Shown here: one piece after another, positions 14,410-28,023 of the stretch | Layout of the letters: each line of letters begins with the position of its first letter | Numbering within the stretch: position 1 is the stretch's first letter | From: Torpedo marmorata | Lineage: Eukaryota | Direction: 5' to 3' | NCBI GenBank assembly: GCA_977017645.1 | Contig: OZ360239.1 | Span: 61,628,001 to 61,692,000 of the forward strand | DNA: 64,000 bases | The notes under the pieces: model-generated | Databases searched by the model: none | What the model was told of the DNA's origin: nothing | The model's input: the letters and a program-made list of their open reading frames with translations, nothing else | Program-made: the position numbers and the translations under genes

Positions 14410-16390
14410 TATAGAGCTCATTTATCACATCATTCCTGGTACAACGAGAAGAGTAATTTTTTCAAGTAGTCCAACAAGTCAGCTCTAACAAGCATATAGC
14501 AGTACAAAATAGAAGAGCAAGAACACATTACAGTGTGCAGTGTTCCAGTGAAAAGGTCAATTGGTACATAGAAAGGCGAGCACAAGATTACTATTGTGAG
14601 GTTCATTCAGGAGGCATCACTGTAGGAAAGAAACTATCCTTGAACCTGTTGGTGCACAATCTCACATTCCTGAACCTTCCCCCTTATGGCATCAGTGTGT
14701 GGCAGGATGGTATAGTTCCATCAGTATGGTGGCTGCCTTTCTATGGCAGCAGGAAGTGCAGATAGAGTTGGAGGGGAGGAAGGTTTTTGCGATGTTCTGA
14801 GCTGCATTCACCATCTTATGTTCTTGGGTGGCGCAGCTGCCGCATCACGCTGTGATGTATCCAGCTTGGTTGCTTTTGATGGTGTTCCTGTGAAGTTGAG
14901 GGACATGCCGAACTTCCTTAGCCTACTAAAAAAAAGTAGACGTGTTGGTGCACTTTCTTGACCATTACGTCATTGTGGTTGGCCCAGGTCAGGTCACTGG
15001 AGAACCTGAAGTTATCTACCGTCTCCACTTCAGTACCATTCATGTTGACAAGGGAGTGGGTTCTACACCCCACCATGAAATCTGTGATCAGCTAATTTAT
15101 CTTGTATTGTATCTCATCAGGATTCAACATCCAGTCCATCACTGCAGTGTTGTCAGCCAACTTAAAGATGGAGGCATTTAGTTCTGCAGTCGTAGGTACA
15201 GAGGTTGTATCATAGAGGGCTAAGTATACATCTTTGCATGGGTATGTGACAGGAATTCAAGGATCCAGTTGCAAAGGAGGGTGCCAAGACCAACACCTTG
15301 AATTTTGGGATGAGTTTAGTGGGGACTATAATATTAAAGTTGATAAACATTAGTCCGACATTGTGTCCTTTGTGACTAGGTGGAGGGCCAAGGAGATGGT
15401 GTCCGCTGTGGACCGGTTTTAACTGTAGACAAATTGAAGTGGGTCAAGACTGGCTGGGAGGCTAGAGCTGGTGACCCACTAAGAGCCTCTTCAAAGGTGA
15501 ATATCTGAACCACTAGTCGATGGTCATTTTGGCCCATCATTATTCAGTACTGATATGAAGATGGCCTTCTTGAAGCAGGTGGGAATTACAGCCTGTTGCA
15601 GGGAGATGAAAGATACCTGTGAATACCCCTGCCAGCTGATCTGTACAGGCTCTCAGGACATATCCATGCATTCCATCTGGGCAGATGCGTTTCGTGTAGT
15701 CACTCTCTAGAAGGCCAAATCTCATCAGCTGCAGGAGTTTGGGTGCAGGAACGCATGAAGTAGTTGAGGTGGATGTCACTGGCTCATGGGCTTCCTGTTC
15801 AATGTGAACATGGAGCGTGTTAAACTTGTCGGGGAAGTGTAGTGATGTTCCATGCTATGCTGCACAGCTTTGCCATGTACTCAGTGTTAGCATGCATGTC
15901 CTGTCATAGTCACGAAGTGTACATGTTTTCATGGGACTCAAGCAGTGATATTGCCTCTTCACTTCACTAGTAGCCTTGCAAAGAGTGTATTGGAATTTTT
16001 ATAAAGGGCCAGGGCTCTCGACTTGAACATCTCCAACCTGGCCTTCAGTGGTAAGTTGACTTCACAGTTCATCCATGGTTTCCGATTGGGGAAATACTTG
16101 TATTGTGCTCTTAGTCACGCAATCTTCCATACACTTACTGATGAAGTCAGTAATGGCTAGCAGTATATTCATCGAGGTTGGTTGCTGAGTTCATGAATAT
16201 GATTCAGTCTACCAACTAAAAGCAGCCCGTAGGATGTCATCTGTTTCCTCAGATCATTGTTGAATGGCTTTCACCCTCCATCAGCTTCTTCTTGTATGCA
16301 GGCAGAAGCAACACAGCTTAGAAGCTGAAGTGCATGAAGTTCCAAGACCACTTGGTTCAAGTGGCTCTTTGCGGAGAGCAGTCTTTGTTT
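14410..16390 (-). mobile_element. Old Rex1/Babar-clade LINE
   Basis: Minus-strand degraded PDG..G.VLRACTDQLAGVFTGIF and downstream RT-like sequence with many stops. Confidence 0.75.
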
Positions 16391-16400
16391 ACACAGCTGC

Positions 16401-16755
16401 ATCTTGTGATTTTAAAAATCCCCTCCATGGACTCTATCTACATCTTCCACTGCCTAGGAAAGGCAACCAACATAATAAAAGACTCATCATACCTTACTCA
16501 TTCTCTTCTCCCTTCTCTCATTGGGGAGAAGGCTTAAGAGTGTGAAAGCAATAGGCTTAATGACATTTTCTCTGCAGCCATTAGGCTCCTGAATGAACCC
16601 CATAACAGTGCTATTATGGAGCTTTTGATCTTTTTCATTGTAATCCTATACTGTAAATAGTGCTCTTTTCATGGCTGTAAGGAACATTAGAGATAATCTA
16701 ATGTTCGCAGAAAAACCCTTCTTACTGAACTTGATATTTTGTGACAATTTCAAGT
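16401..16755 (+). mobile_element. Rex1-like LINE 3' end
   Basis: IPSMDSIYIFHCLGKATNIIKDSS..HSL resembles the C-terminus of the other Rex1 copies. Confidence 0.65.
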
Positions 16756-17118
16756 GATCACTGCTTGTGAGTTTCAATACATTACAATGGAAAAAAAACA
16801 ATATTGCTAGCTAATTTGCAAAATGTTTATTAATTCACCTTAATGGTTTTTAGAACATTACATGACATTTGTTTGTAGTATTTGCATTTCATATTATCTG
16901 TGTATCTTGTATTTTGAAAAATTTAAAATACTAGATTCTGTTTTAAACTGATTTGCATTCCAAACATCTTAAAAAATAAAAATAAAAAAAAAATTTAAAA
17001 AATCAGTACATGTTGAAATTTGAGGAAATTGCAACCATATTTCCAAAATGTATTTTGTTAAAAAAGGCTAGAGGTGTCAATTATTGGTCAGGTCACTCAC
17101 ATGGCCCCATTCAACAAA

Positions 17119-17634
17119 GATATTTTTGTTTGGAGATATTGAAGGAACCAGTGTTGGAGTGAAATTGAATATGTACCAGACGGAGTTTTTGCGTGATGCT
17201 TTGGTCGTTTCTAAGAAATGTATTGCCACTACATGGAAGTCGGATGTAGATTTGGGGTTGGAAAGATGGCACGCAGAATTGCGTTCTTGCATACCACTCG
17301 AAAAAATTACATATAATTTACGTGATAAGTATCATTTCTTTTTGGAAGTATGGAGCCCATATATAAAAATTGTTGGTTTAAGGATTTGAAGATCTCTGGT
17401 CATCGGGTCTGGCTGGCGAGCCTATCCTCCACAATAAGATCAGTTTATAGTTGTTCTTTTTAGATTGACATTCTCCTTACTCTATCCTTTTCTTCTTCTT
17501 TCTTTCTTTTCGGGAGGGTTAGGGAGGGGAGGGTGGGGGGGAGTGAAAATGTATCACATGTAATTTGAGGAATTTGCGTTTTAAAATGTGTATTGTGTGA
17601 TTTAAAAATTTTAAATAAAATATTTTTAAAAAAA
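17119..17634 (+). mobile_element. AT-rich L1-clade LINE 3' end
   Basis: IFLFGDI...SKKCIATTWKSDVDLGLERWHAELRSCIPLEKITYNL, with a G-rich 3' UTR and an A tail. Confidence 0.9.
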
Positions 17635-18098
17635 CAGACTTGCACACGTGTTACAGCAACAAAAGTTTATAAATGATTTTTTTTCTGGCTCACTGATCTT
17701 TTTTGATGTTTTGATTTTGATGGGAAAAGAAGCAAAGCAGTGCAAACTATGAAGGAGCATCAAATCATTGTCTTTCAGAGTTCAGCATTCATTTCTAATA
17801 CAATCTCAGTGATGTCAGTTTCAATGTGCAACAATGTCATGTACTGATGGTTTTGGCACCTGACAATTACAGACCTGTGCCAAAATAACCAGCATACATA
17901 TAGTGAGCAAGAATGCTTCAATGTCACACAAGAAATATTACTTCTTTTCCACCAAAAGTTAACCCATCCATGGTGTGGCAAGGATTGGAACTTCAAGACA
18001 AAAACTAAAAAGGATGCCATGTTTTTTAATATCTAACACACTATGGTTGCTTATAATAAATATTTATCACCGACTTTTCCAATTTGCCAAGAGTTAGT

Positions 18099-18914
18099 AT
18101 GTCAAGGTGAAAGGGAAGAACTGGGAATGAAGTATAAAGAACAAGTCAACATTTGCTAATTTTACCAAGAAACCTGCAGATGTCCTTTACTGTATCCAAA
18201 CTCCAATACTGAACGATGTACATAGAACATCCTGTTTTCTGTTTGGCAGAGGATTAATTGAGATCAGTTTGAAGAAAAGTTCAAGTGGCTTCAAAATAAA
18301 GTAAATGATCATTCCTTACTTATCAATCCTCGTTTCATCTTTTCTTTAATTTTTTTTGTCTCCACATCCCTTCTATTTTTTTTTTAAATCAGCTATTTCT
18401 AAAACAGCAAATACAGTTTTAATCTTGGTTGATAAAGGCAGAAGATGAAACATAACTGCACCCACTGTCAAACTTCACACTGAAAACATTTGCAGTTTGC
18501 AAAATGCTAATTTTTTTTCTCTACCAGTTGCAATTATAAATAGAATCTAAAATCTGAATTTCATGTTGGCAGTTATAGCCATGAGTATGAATTTAGGTGG
18601 AGAAATCAATCCAATTGATAAAAGCCCAAATGACCATGATCATAAAACAAAGCTTTCAGCACATTTCTTAGTTGCAAACACTGCAAGCTGCTCACTTTTT
18701 CCCCTCGCTAAATGTTTAAGCTTCTGGGGATCTGGGCATTTGCATTAGCTAACATCAACATATACTACTGCAAACATATTAACTGTTCTATGTACATCGT
18801 TCAGTACTGGAGTTTGGATACAGTAAAGGACATCTGCAGGTTTCTTGGTAAAATTAGCAAATGTTGACTTGTTCTTTATACTTCATTCCCAGTTCTTCCC
18901 TTTCACCTTGACAT
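18099..18914. repeat. Long inverted repeat: 131-bp arms at 18099-18229 and 18784-18914, 554-bp spacer
   Basis: The arms are reverse complements with a single mismatch by eye (ctccaatact vs ctccagtact). Confidence 0.93.
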
Positions 18915-19934
18915 TATATTGTACTCTAAGGAGCAGTCTTTGATGATGAATTCCATTGTTTGAAACTTTCATTAATGCAATTGGAACTGGGCTTGTTGAG
19001 CATGTACACTGGTGGAAAAGGTAGCCACATTTTCCTTGTCTGGCCATTCATTATGTGGAACATCACAAGTACTAGCCCCACTGAGAGCAATGAGCTCTTT
19101 TATCAAGACACTGCTTTGCTCCACTGAGACCTGTCATTAACCATCTTTAAATAAGATGTTTCTGAAGTCCTTCACTTGGTTTTCTTGTTTTGAGGCTGCA
19201 ATCCTGAAATACTTTCCATTCGGCTGTCAATTTGCTGCAATGGATTTGCAAAGATATAATTGAAGCAGATAATGGAAGCTTCTCCAATGCTTGGAGGAGC
19301 TGCCTTTACTGTACAAGTGACAAATTCATGGCAGTTAACTTTAGTGCTCGTGTATGCATAGCCATACTTACATGCTCACTGATAATTTGACTATGGTCAA
19401 AGTTACAAGGCAATGATTTTGGTCCACAGAGGTTTCACACACAGTGATATGCATCAAGTTGCAGAAAAATATTTCGTTTTTCCAGAAGGTGGAGACTTGT
19501 AATGGAATTTTATATTACCAAAATTGGGATTGGTGGAAAAATAATTGAGGGACCAACAATGTTTCAGAATTTTTTTTTACCAAGTTGAATGACATCCTGA
19601 TTCCAGATGCGATTATATTTTAGTCTACCAGCACTGGTACAAATGAACAATCTACTCATGACCTACAGTGAAGATAATTTTCATGGGTAAAGCTTAATAA
19701 TAACAGGGGAGGGGCAATCAATAGTCTAGAGAAGCACCTATCAAATGCTAGAGCACAAATTTTAGGATGCACCATATACATGCTTCAAAAGGATCTCCTC
19801 TTCCAAGGAAGATTGCTTGAGCAGGGATGGTATTATTTAGAAATTGATTCAACTTCTCTATCAGGAGAATAGAGTACACATTATTTTGCTATACCACTTT
19901 TCACATTCTAGATTTCAATACAAAATACTAGGAA

Positions 19935-21470
19935 ATTAAATTGTTTATTTTCACATATACAGTAAAAAGCTTGTGTTTTGCATACTAACCAGGCAAGTCA
20001 ACAGGTATAGCAATAATAATAAACAAATGTAAGCAGTAGTGGTGCAAATCAAATAGTGGAGAGTACGGAAAAAAGCATGGATGGAAATAAAACAATGCAC
20101 AAAAGTGCTGGAGAAACTCAGCAGGCCCCAAGAAAAAAATAACTGCGCAGGGTGCAGAGAAAAGTAGTTATAAACTGTGCAAGTTCATCAGCTTTTGCCA
20201 GTGAAAATCCACTTAAGAGTCCAATCACAGCAGGATAGAAACTATCCTCGAATCTGGAGGTTTGTGTTTTCAAGGATCTTTTGCATCCTTTGCTTGACAG
20301 AGTTTGGGGGGGGGGGGGTAGAAGGGATTAATTATTAATTTTGTTGACATTGAGGGAGAGGTTGTTATCCTGACACCATGCCACCTGAATCTTTCTTCTT
20401 TCTACACACTATCTTGTCATTGTTTGAGATTTGACCTATGATGGTGGTGTCATCTGAAAAGAGCAGTGTTTGGTTACAGTTATGAGTGTATGGAGGGCAT
20501 AGTATGGGGCTGAGCCACCAACACCATACCACCAATGAGCTATTCTGGTGTAACCATAATGTTACACCAAGAAAGCACAAAGATGCAGACTTGCCAGGAT
20601 GCCAGTGTTCAGGATTATCATGCAGGAGGCGCAGTCACCAACCTTCACTGCTTGTAGTCTACAGGTCAGGAAGTCAAGGATCAAGTTTAAATTTGTCATA
20701 TTATACCGAGTACACACTCACACTGCCATACAAAGAGCCAGAACATAATTTTAGAGTTACAATGAAAAAATTCAAATGGTACAAATCAAGGGCACCAGGA
20801 TAGTACTGTTGTGGGGTTCAATCAGGAGTCCAATGGCTGTATTGAAGAAACCAGCTTTAAATCTGTTGGTGCACAATTTTTGCACTGAGCCTTCTCCCTG
20901 AGGGGAGAGATGAAAGAGAGCATGTCAGGATCTGATGGGTCCTTCATTATGTTGGCTGCCTTTCCTGGGCAGTGGGAGATGTAGATAGGAGTTCTGAGAG
21001 GGGTGGGAAGTTTGCATTATTGGAGCTGCATTCACCAATTTTTTACAGCTTCTTCTGGTCTTGAGCAAAACAGCTGCCATACCATGCTGTGATGCATCAG
21101 AGAAATATGCTTACAATGATGGACATGTAGAAGTTGTTGAGGGACATGCTGAACTTAATTAGTCTCCTAAATCACAGAGGGAGTGCTGATACCTGCATCC
21201 GAGTGCTTTGGGATGAGTTTATTTGGGACTATGGTGTTGAATACAGAGCTGTAGTCAATTATTAGGAATCAGACATGGGTGTCCTTGTCCAGATGTTCCA
21301 GGGTAGAGCACAGAACCAGGGAGATGGCATCTGCTGTGAATCTATTATAATAATCGGTAAAGTGCACTGGATCGTGACTGACTAGGAGGTTGGAGTACTA
21401 GGCCATAACCAACCTTATGGAGAAGATCATAATGATGGATGTCAGAGCCACCAGGGCAATAATCATTGCA
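19935..21470 (-). mobile_element. Two old Rex1-like LINE fragments
   Basis: Minus-strand LFSDDTTIIGQISNND motif and decayed sequence homologous to the other Rex1 copies. Confidence 0.6.
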
Positions 21471-21690
21471 GGAAATTGTCTGGACTTATGTTTAAACTTA
21501 AAGAATTATGATCACTATCCCCAAAATCCTCTCCCACTGTAACTCTGATCATCTGGCTAGGCTCATTTCCCAGTATGGTCTCGTATGCCTGCTTTCATGG
21601 TTGGATTATCTACACGTTCCTTCAAGAAACCCTTCTGGACGCACCCAACAAATTCTGTCCATCAAAGACTCTGGCACTAAGAACATTCAG

Positions 21691-22372
21691 CAATCAGAGG
21701 TGGGAAGGGTGAGCAAATTTAAATTCCTGGAAGTCATTAACTCAGAGGACCGTTCCTCACATACTAATGTCATTGTGAAGAAAGCACGTTAGCACCTCAG
21801 GAGTTTGCGGAGGTTCGGTATGACATCTAAAACTTTGGTAAACTTCTACAGATGTGTAGTGGAAAGTGTGCTGACCGGCTGCACGGGGCACCAATACCTC
21901 TGAACAGAAAGTCCTGCAAAAAGTTGTGGACACAGCCCAGTATAACACAGGAAAAACTCTCCTCACCACCGAGAAAATTTACATGGAACTTTGCCGTCGG
22001 AGAGCAGCAGCAATCATCAAGGATCCACACCACCCAGGACATGCTCTATTCTCACTGCTGCCATCAGGAAAGAGGTATAGGTGCCACAAGACTTGCACCA
22101 ACAGGTTCAAGAACACTTGCTACCCCTCCACCATCAGACTCCTAAACAACAGACTCGACGACTCATTTTAGGACTCTTACTTTGCACATTTATTACTGAT
22201 TATTTTTTCTGTATTTGCACAATTTGTTTACATTTCTCTCTTTTGGAAAAGTATCTTCTTCTTGAGTATAGTTTGCACTACCGATAAGTAGAAATTCTGT
22301 TCAGCCCACAGGAAAAAAGAATCTCAGGGCTGTATGTGATGTCATGTATGTACTCTAACAATAACTTTGAAC
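21691..22372 (+). mobile_element. Rex1/Babar-clade LINE 3' fragment
   Basis: RAAAIIKDPHHPGHALFSLLPSGKRYR C-terminus and a 3' UTR shared with the 8541-10235 copy. Confidence 0.9.
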
Positions 22373-22374
22373 AT

Positions 22375-23195
22375 CCCAATCAATAGAGGGGAAATTAAAG
22401 TCTTCCACTACGACATTCCTGTTGCTTTTACATCGTTCCATAATGTACTCATAACTGCTCCTCACCTCTCTTAAGAATGGCTATTGTAAGGTCTATAATA
22501 TAGACCTAGTGGAGTGATTGCACCTGTTTTTTTATTTATGATCTCTACCAATATTGTCTCTGTGGATGAAGCCTCCAGTACATCCTGAGTGCAGCTGTGA
22601 CACAGTCCCTGATTAGTAATGCAACCCCTCCACCTCTTACCTCCTTTTCTACTCTAAAACATCAAACCCCAAGAACATTGAGCTGCCTGTCCTGCTCCGC
22701 TTGCAGCCGTCTTTGTAATGGCTGAAACATCATAATTAAATGTACTAATCCAGGATCTGTTCATCTGACTTACCTATAATACTACTTGCATTAAAATAAA
22801 CACTATCAGCCGATTATTCCCATTGTGCTCATTTAATCTCCCTTTCAGACTTGATGCCACAGCATTTACCATCCCCTCAACTTCTCCACTTGCTGCCCTG
22901 CTACTCTGGTCCCCATTCCCGTCACTCTAGTTTAAACCCTCCCGAGTAACACTCACGAACCTCCCTGTGTGGATGTTGGTTCCCCTCCAGATTAGGTGTA
23001 ACCCTTTCCATCTGCCCAGCGGCCCGAATAACTCAAGCCCTCCCTCTGGCATCAGCTCCTTTGCCCCTAATTAAACTGCACTGTCTTTCTACTTCTCGCC
23101 CCACTAGCATATGACACAGGTAGTAACCCTGAAACCACAACCCTGCAAGTCCTCCTTGATAAACTTATTATCTTGCTCCTGAAAATCATTCTGCA
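22375..23195 (-). mobile_element. CR1/HER1-type LINE fragment (end of ORF1 esterase and start of ORF2)
   Basis: The minus strand encodes GLHLIWRGTNIHTGRFVSVTREGLN*, typical of the CR1 ORF1 SGNH-esterase end. Confidence 0.65.
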
Positions 23196-23237
23196 GGGGG
23201 GACCTCAAAGATATAATTACGAGGCACATCAATAGGG

Positions 23238-24102
23238 GTGGATAATACCAATGCCATCTCCAAGTTTTCTGATGACACCACAGTTGTCGGCAGAATCACA
23301 AACGGCAATGAGGAAGCGTACAGGAGGGAGATAGATCAGCTTGTCAAATGGTGTAACGACAACAACCTTGTGCTCAACGTCAGAAAAACCAAGGACATGA
23401 TTGTGGACTTCAGGAGGAAGTCAGGGGAACATGACCCAGTCCTCATCGAGGGCTCAGTAGTGGAGAGGGTCAAGAACTTCAAATTCCTGGGTGTCAACAT
23501 CTCAGAGGATATGTCCTGGAGCCTCCACGTTGATGCAATCACAAAGAAGGCTCATCAGCGGCTATACTTTGTGAGGTGTCTGAGGAGATTTGGTATGTCA
23601 CCGAAGACTCTCGTAAACTTCTACAGTTATACCGTGGAGAGCATTCTGGCTGGTTGCATCACCGCCTGGTATGGAGCCGCCAACTCTCAGGACAAGAATA
23701 AACTCTAGAGGGTTGTTAACTCGGCCTGTGACATCACAGGCACCAGACTTCACTCCATCGAGGACATCTACATGAGGCGGTGTCTTAAAAAAGCAGCCTC
23801 TATCCTCAAAGACCCCCACCACCCAGGCCATGCCCTCTTCACTCTGCTACCATTGGGAAAAAGGTACAGGAGCCTAAAGACGAGCACTCAACGGCACAAG
23901 GACAGCTTCTTCCCTGCTGCCATCAAATTCCTAAATAATCAATGAACCAAAGACACTGCCTTACTTTTCGTGCACTATTAATTATATATATTTTTTTATC
24001 GTAATGTCGTAAGATGGTTGTAATATGAATGTTTGCACTATGATGCTGCCGCAAAACACCAAATTTCATGACTTGTTCATGACAATAAGTTCTGATTCTG
24101 AT
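23238..24102 (+). mobile_element. Rex1/Babar-clade LINE 3' fragment
   Basis: KFSDDTTVVG...LNVRKTKDMIVDFRR...KKAHQRLYFVRCLRRFG, with a (TTCTGA)n tail. Confidence 0.92.
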
Positions 24103-25381
24103 AAGCTTTTCCTCATGGCATCTGTCTTGGACCAGAGACCAGAATGCATGGGTTAAACATGAGTAAGCATTTTAGGGCTCCAAAGGAGAATTCATTGATC
24201 CAGAGGATGGTTGAAATCTGGAATGCTTTGCTTAAGGGGGTGGCGGACGCACATTTAAGCATCTGGGCGAGCACTTAAATCACCTATTTGGCAAACCAAG
24301 TGCTGGTAAAGGATTGGTATGGAGGGGTAGATGGTTTGCACAGATACATAGCCGAAGGGCCTGTTTCTTTGCTCTGCAACCCATGTATTAAACTGTGCAA
24401 CTGTAAACAGCTGTTAGTAACAATCAAATACCATTCCTCTATGAATAAGCTATTAATAGCTGAAAAACAAGGCTACATTGTACTAAATCTTCAAGGAACT
24501 AATCTACTCCACTGGTAAATGATCTATGAAACAATGCATAAAATTCATTCCATCAACCCCAATTAATTCCTTTGACTTGCAGATCTCTGCAACTACTGAG
24601 ATAATTAATTTGCTAATGAGAAAGTGAAATTTTAAGTGAAGAAGTGCCCTGTCAAGAGAGGTCACATTTGATCAAGAATAAAGTTCTCATCCTGACCACT
24701 CTCCTCATTCAACCATAACCTCAAATCTTTTTGTGCAGATAACAGAATGTTGAATGGATCTGCAGAGAGTTGTTTTAGCCATTTCACCAAGCCACAATAA
24801 ACATTGAGCCCTTCGGAACAAGACTCCTCACTATTCCAGGATCGTCCTGGAATTAAAATATGGCTTGTTTTCTCTACTCAAACCATTTTTTTTTTAATTA
24901 CTCTTCTGTTTCCACCACTCTCACTTCAATAACTGTGAACTAAGATCAAAACCAGTTTATTTCTGCCAACAACCCCTTTCCTTGAGATCGCTAGACGAGG
25001 AGATGACCCCAAGGACGGTGACCACGGTGGTGGACCAGTGAGGGGCTCTGCGGCTGACGAACCATACATGCTGCTGGCGACTTGAGGTCAAAGGACTCAC
25101 ACCAAGCTGCAGGCTGCTAGAGCTATCGGAACCAGGATTCGAGAGGGCGCTGAAGGCTTCCTCATCGTGTTGGAGGTTTGGTTCTGGGCTCGGGTTGCCG
25201 ATAATTTGAACTGAACTGGAGTCTTGTGCAGCTGCAGAGGCTGGAGGAGCACTGGAAGAGAATCCACGGACACTCAGTGATTCTGAGGAGACTCTCTTCA
25301 GCTTCTCTTTCTCTGACTGTATGGGGCACTGGGCAATGCCAAGAGTGAATCCTTGTCTGCCTTATGGCAGACTGCCTTTAG

Positions 25382-25780
25382 TTGGTGTAACATTACATTT
25401 GGTGTAACATTACATTTGGTGTAACATTACATTTGGTGTAACATTACATTTGGTGTAACATTACATTTGGTGTAACATTACATTTGGTGTAACATTACAT
25501 TTGGTGTAACATTACATTTGGTGTAACATTACATTTGGTGTAACATTACATTTGGTGTAACATTACATTTGGTGTAACATTACATTTGGTGTAACATTAC
25601 ATTTGGTGTAACATTACATTTGGTGTAACATTACATTTGGTGTAACATTACATTTGGTGTAACATTACATTTGGTGTAACATTACATTTGGTGTAACATT
25701 ACATTTGGTGTAACATTACATTTGGTGTAACATTACATTTGGTGTAACATTACATTTGGTGTAACATTACATTTGGTGTA
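25382..25780. repeat. 17-bp minisatellite (TTGGTGTAACATTACAT)n, about 23 copies
   Basis: Directly visible tandem array with no variant units seen. Confidence 0.98.
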
Positions 25781-27268
25781 AAAACTAACTTGGAATTATG
25801 AAATGGGTGGTTTACAACTTCCTAATTTTCAAAATTATTATAAAGCAGCTCAATTAAAATTTGTTAATGAATTTTTTGATTCAACTAAATCTTCTGCTTG
25901 GATTAAGATAGAATTAAATAATATAGGAGAAGACCTCAAAGAAGAAATTATTTATAAATGGGATTCTAAATTAATATCAATAAAAAAGAAGAATTCGCCC
26001 ATTTTTAAACATTTGTTAGAAATATGGAATAAGACGGATAAGGAAATAGGAGCAAAAGGATTGATTTCTTCAAAGATGCCTTTATATCAAAATGGACTTA
26101 TTCCATTTACTATTAATAATCAATTATTTAAAATTTGGTTTCAAAAAGGAGTTAAGAAGATTAGTGATTGTTTTGAAGCTGGGACATTTATTACGTTTCA
26201 AAGAATGAAAGATAAATTTAATATATTAGATAATACATTTTTGGCTTATTATCAAATTAAAGCTTTTTTGACTGAGAAATTAGGTTATGCTTTGACTTTA
26301 CCAAGACAAAATGAATTAGAATTATTAGTTACTAATGGAGATGTTAATAAATTTATTTCTCAAATGTATAAATTGTTTCAGAGGAAAATGCCTAAAATAG
26401 GATTGCATAAATCAAGATTAAAATGGGAATTAGATTTGAATGTAAATATAGATGAAAATCATTGGAAAGAATTATGTAAATTAAGTATGACGAAGATTAT
26501 CAACGTTAGATATAGACTAGTTCAATATAATTTTTTTCATCAATTATATTTAACACCTAAAAAATTAAAGAAATTTGATCCGGCATTATCAGGTTTATGT
26601 TTTAGATGTAATAAAGAGGAAGGGTCTTTTGTACATTGTACATGGTTTTGTCCAAAAGTTTATGATTTTTGGTTGAAAGTTAAAAAATTTTTAGATAAAG
26701 TATTTAAGATTACATTTCCAATAGATCCTATGATATTTTTGTTTGGAGATATTAAAAAATTTAGTATTAAGAAGAAATTAAATATGTATCAAGTAGAATT
26801 TTTGCAAATTGCTTTAGCTGTTTCAAAGAAATGCATTGCTATTACTTGGAAATCTGATTTAGATTTAGGATTAGAAAGATGGCATGCAGAACTTCGTTCG
26901 TGTATACCACTTGAAAAAATTACTTATAATTTACGTAATAAATATCATTTTTTCTTAAAAATTTGGAGCCCATATATGAAAGCTGTTGGTTTAAGGATTT
27001 GAAGATCTCTGGATATCGGATCTACTGGCACACTTGACCTCCATAATAGAATTAGTTTATAGATGGCATTCCCCTTACTCTATCTTTTTCTTTCTTTCTT
27101 TTTTCTATCTTTACTTTTTATTTTATTTTTACTAGATTAGTGGGGGTGGGGGGGTTGGGGAGGGGAGGGAGGGGGGGAGAAAATGTATCACAAATAATTT
27201 GATCATTTTATATTCTATTTTATGTATTTTGTGATTAAAAATTTTAAATAAAATATTAAAAAAAAAAA
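25781..27268 (+). mobile_element. Young AT-rich L1-clade LINE, 5'-truncated, with an open 399-aa ORF2 C-terminus
   Basis: GGLQLPNFQNYYKAAQL post-RT motif, CFRC..H..W.C zinc knuckle, G-rich 3' UTR and poly(A). Confidence 0.95.
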
Positions 27269-27370
27269 AACATTACATTTGGTGTAACATTACATTTGGT
27301 GTAACATTACATTTGGTGTAACATTACATTTGGTGTAACATTACATTTGGTGTAACATTACATTTGGTGT
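27269..27370. repeat. 17-bp minisatellite, about 6 copies
   Basis: Same unit, lying between the two L1 insertions. Confidence 0.97.
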
Positions 27371-27959
27371 GATCCTATGATATTTTTATTTGGAGATATT
27401 AAAAAAATTAGTATTAGAAATAGATTGAATATGTATCAAATAGAATTTTTACGAATTGTGTTAGCGATTTCAAAAAAATGTATCGCTATTACTTGGAAAT
27501 CAGATTTAGATTTGAATTTAGATAGATTACATGCAGAATTACGTTCTTGTATACCATTGGAAAAAATTACATATAATTTACGAGATAAATATTATTTCTT
27601 TTTGAAAATTTGGAGCCCATATATGAGAATCATGGGTATGAATTAATTCTCTAGAAGTTAGTAACGCTGACAAAAGTAACCTCCAATATATAAATAGAGT
27701 TAGCTTGTAATGGTTTTCTCCTCATACTAACTCTTAAAACTTTATTATTCATTCTATTCTTTTTTTCTTTTAACTAATATTTTCTTTTTTTTTCTCTTTT
27801 TCTTTTTCTCTTTCTTTTATTAGAGTAGTGTGGGAGGGTTGGGGAGGGGAGGGTGGGAGGGGGGGAGGTAATATATCACATGTATTTTGAATGATATACT
27901 ATTTTTGATTTATGTATTCTGTGATCTTAAAAGTTAAATAAAATTTAAAAAAAAAACAA
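27371..27959 (+). mobile_element. AT-rich L1-clade LINE 3' end (different subfamily)
   Basis: DPMIFLFGDIKK...CIPLEKITYNLRDKYYFFLKIWSPY, with a 3' UTR distinct from the neighbouring copy and poly(A). Confidence 0.92.
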
Positions 27960-28023
27960 AACATTACATTTGGTGTAACATTACATTTGGTGTAACATTA
28001 CATTTGGTGTAACATTACATTTG
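27960..28023. repeat. 17-bp minisatellite, about 4 copies
   Basis: Same unit; the array ends at ...ACATTTG. Confidence 0.95.

Noticed and set aside
25382-28023. Regular short repeats as a CRISPR array or telomeric repeat
   Set aside because: The units are contiguous with no spacers, the context is a vertebrate intron, and the unit is not TTAGGG.
25382-28023. Idea that the array is a chain of L1 target-site duplications (unit length is close to the 15-16 bp TSDs)
   Set aside because: The array ends are in the TTG...TTG register and not the AAC...GTGT register of the L1 junctions, which fits slippage better.
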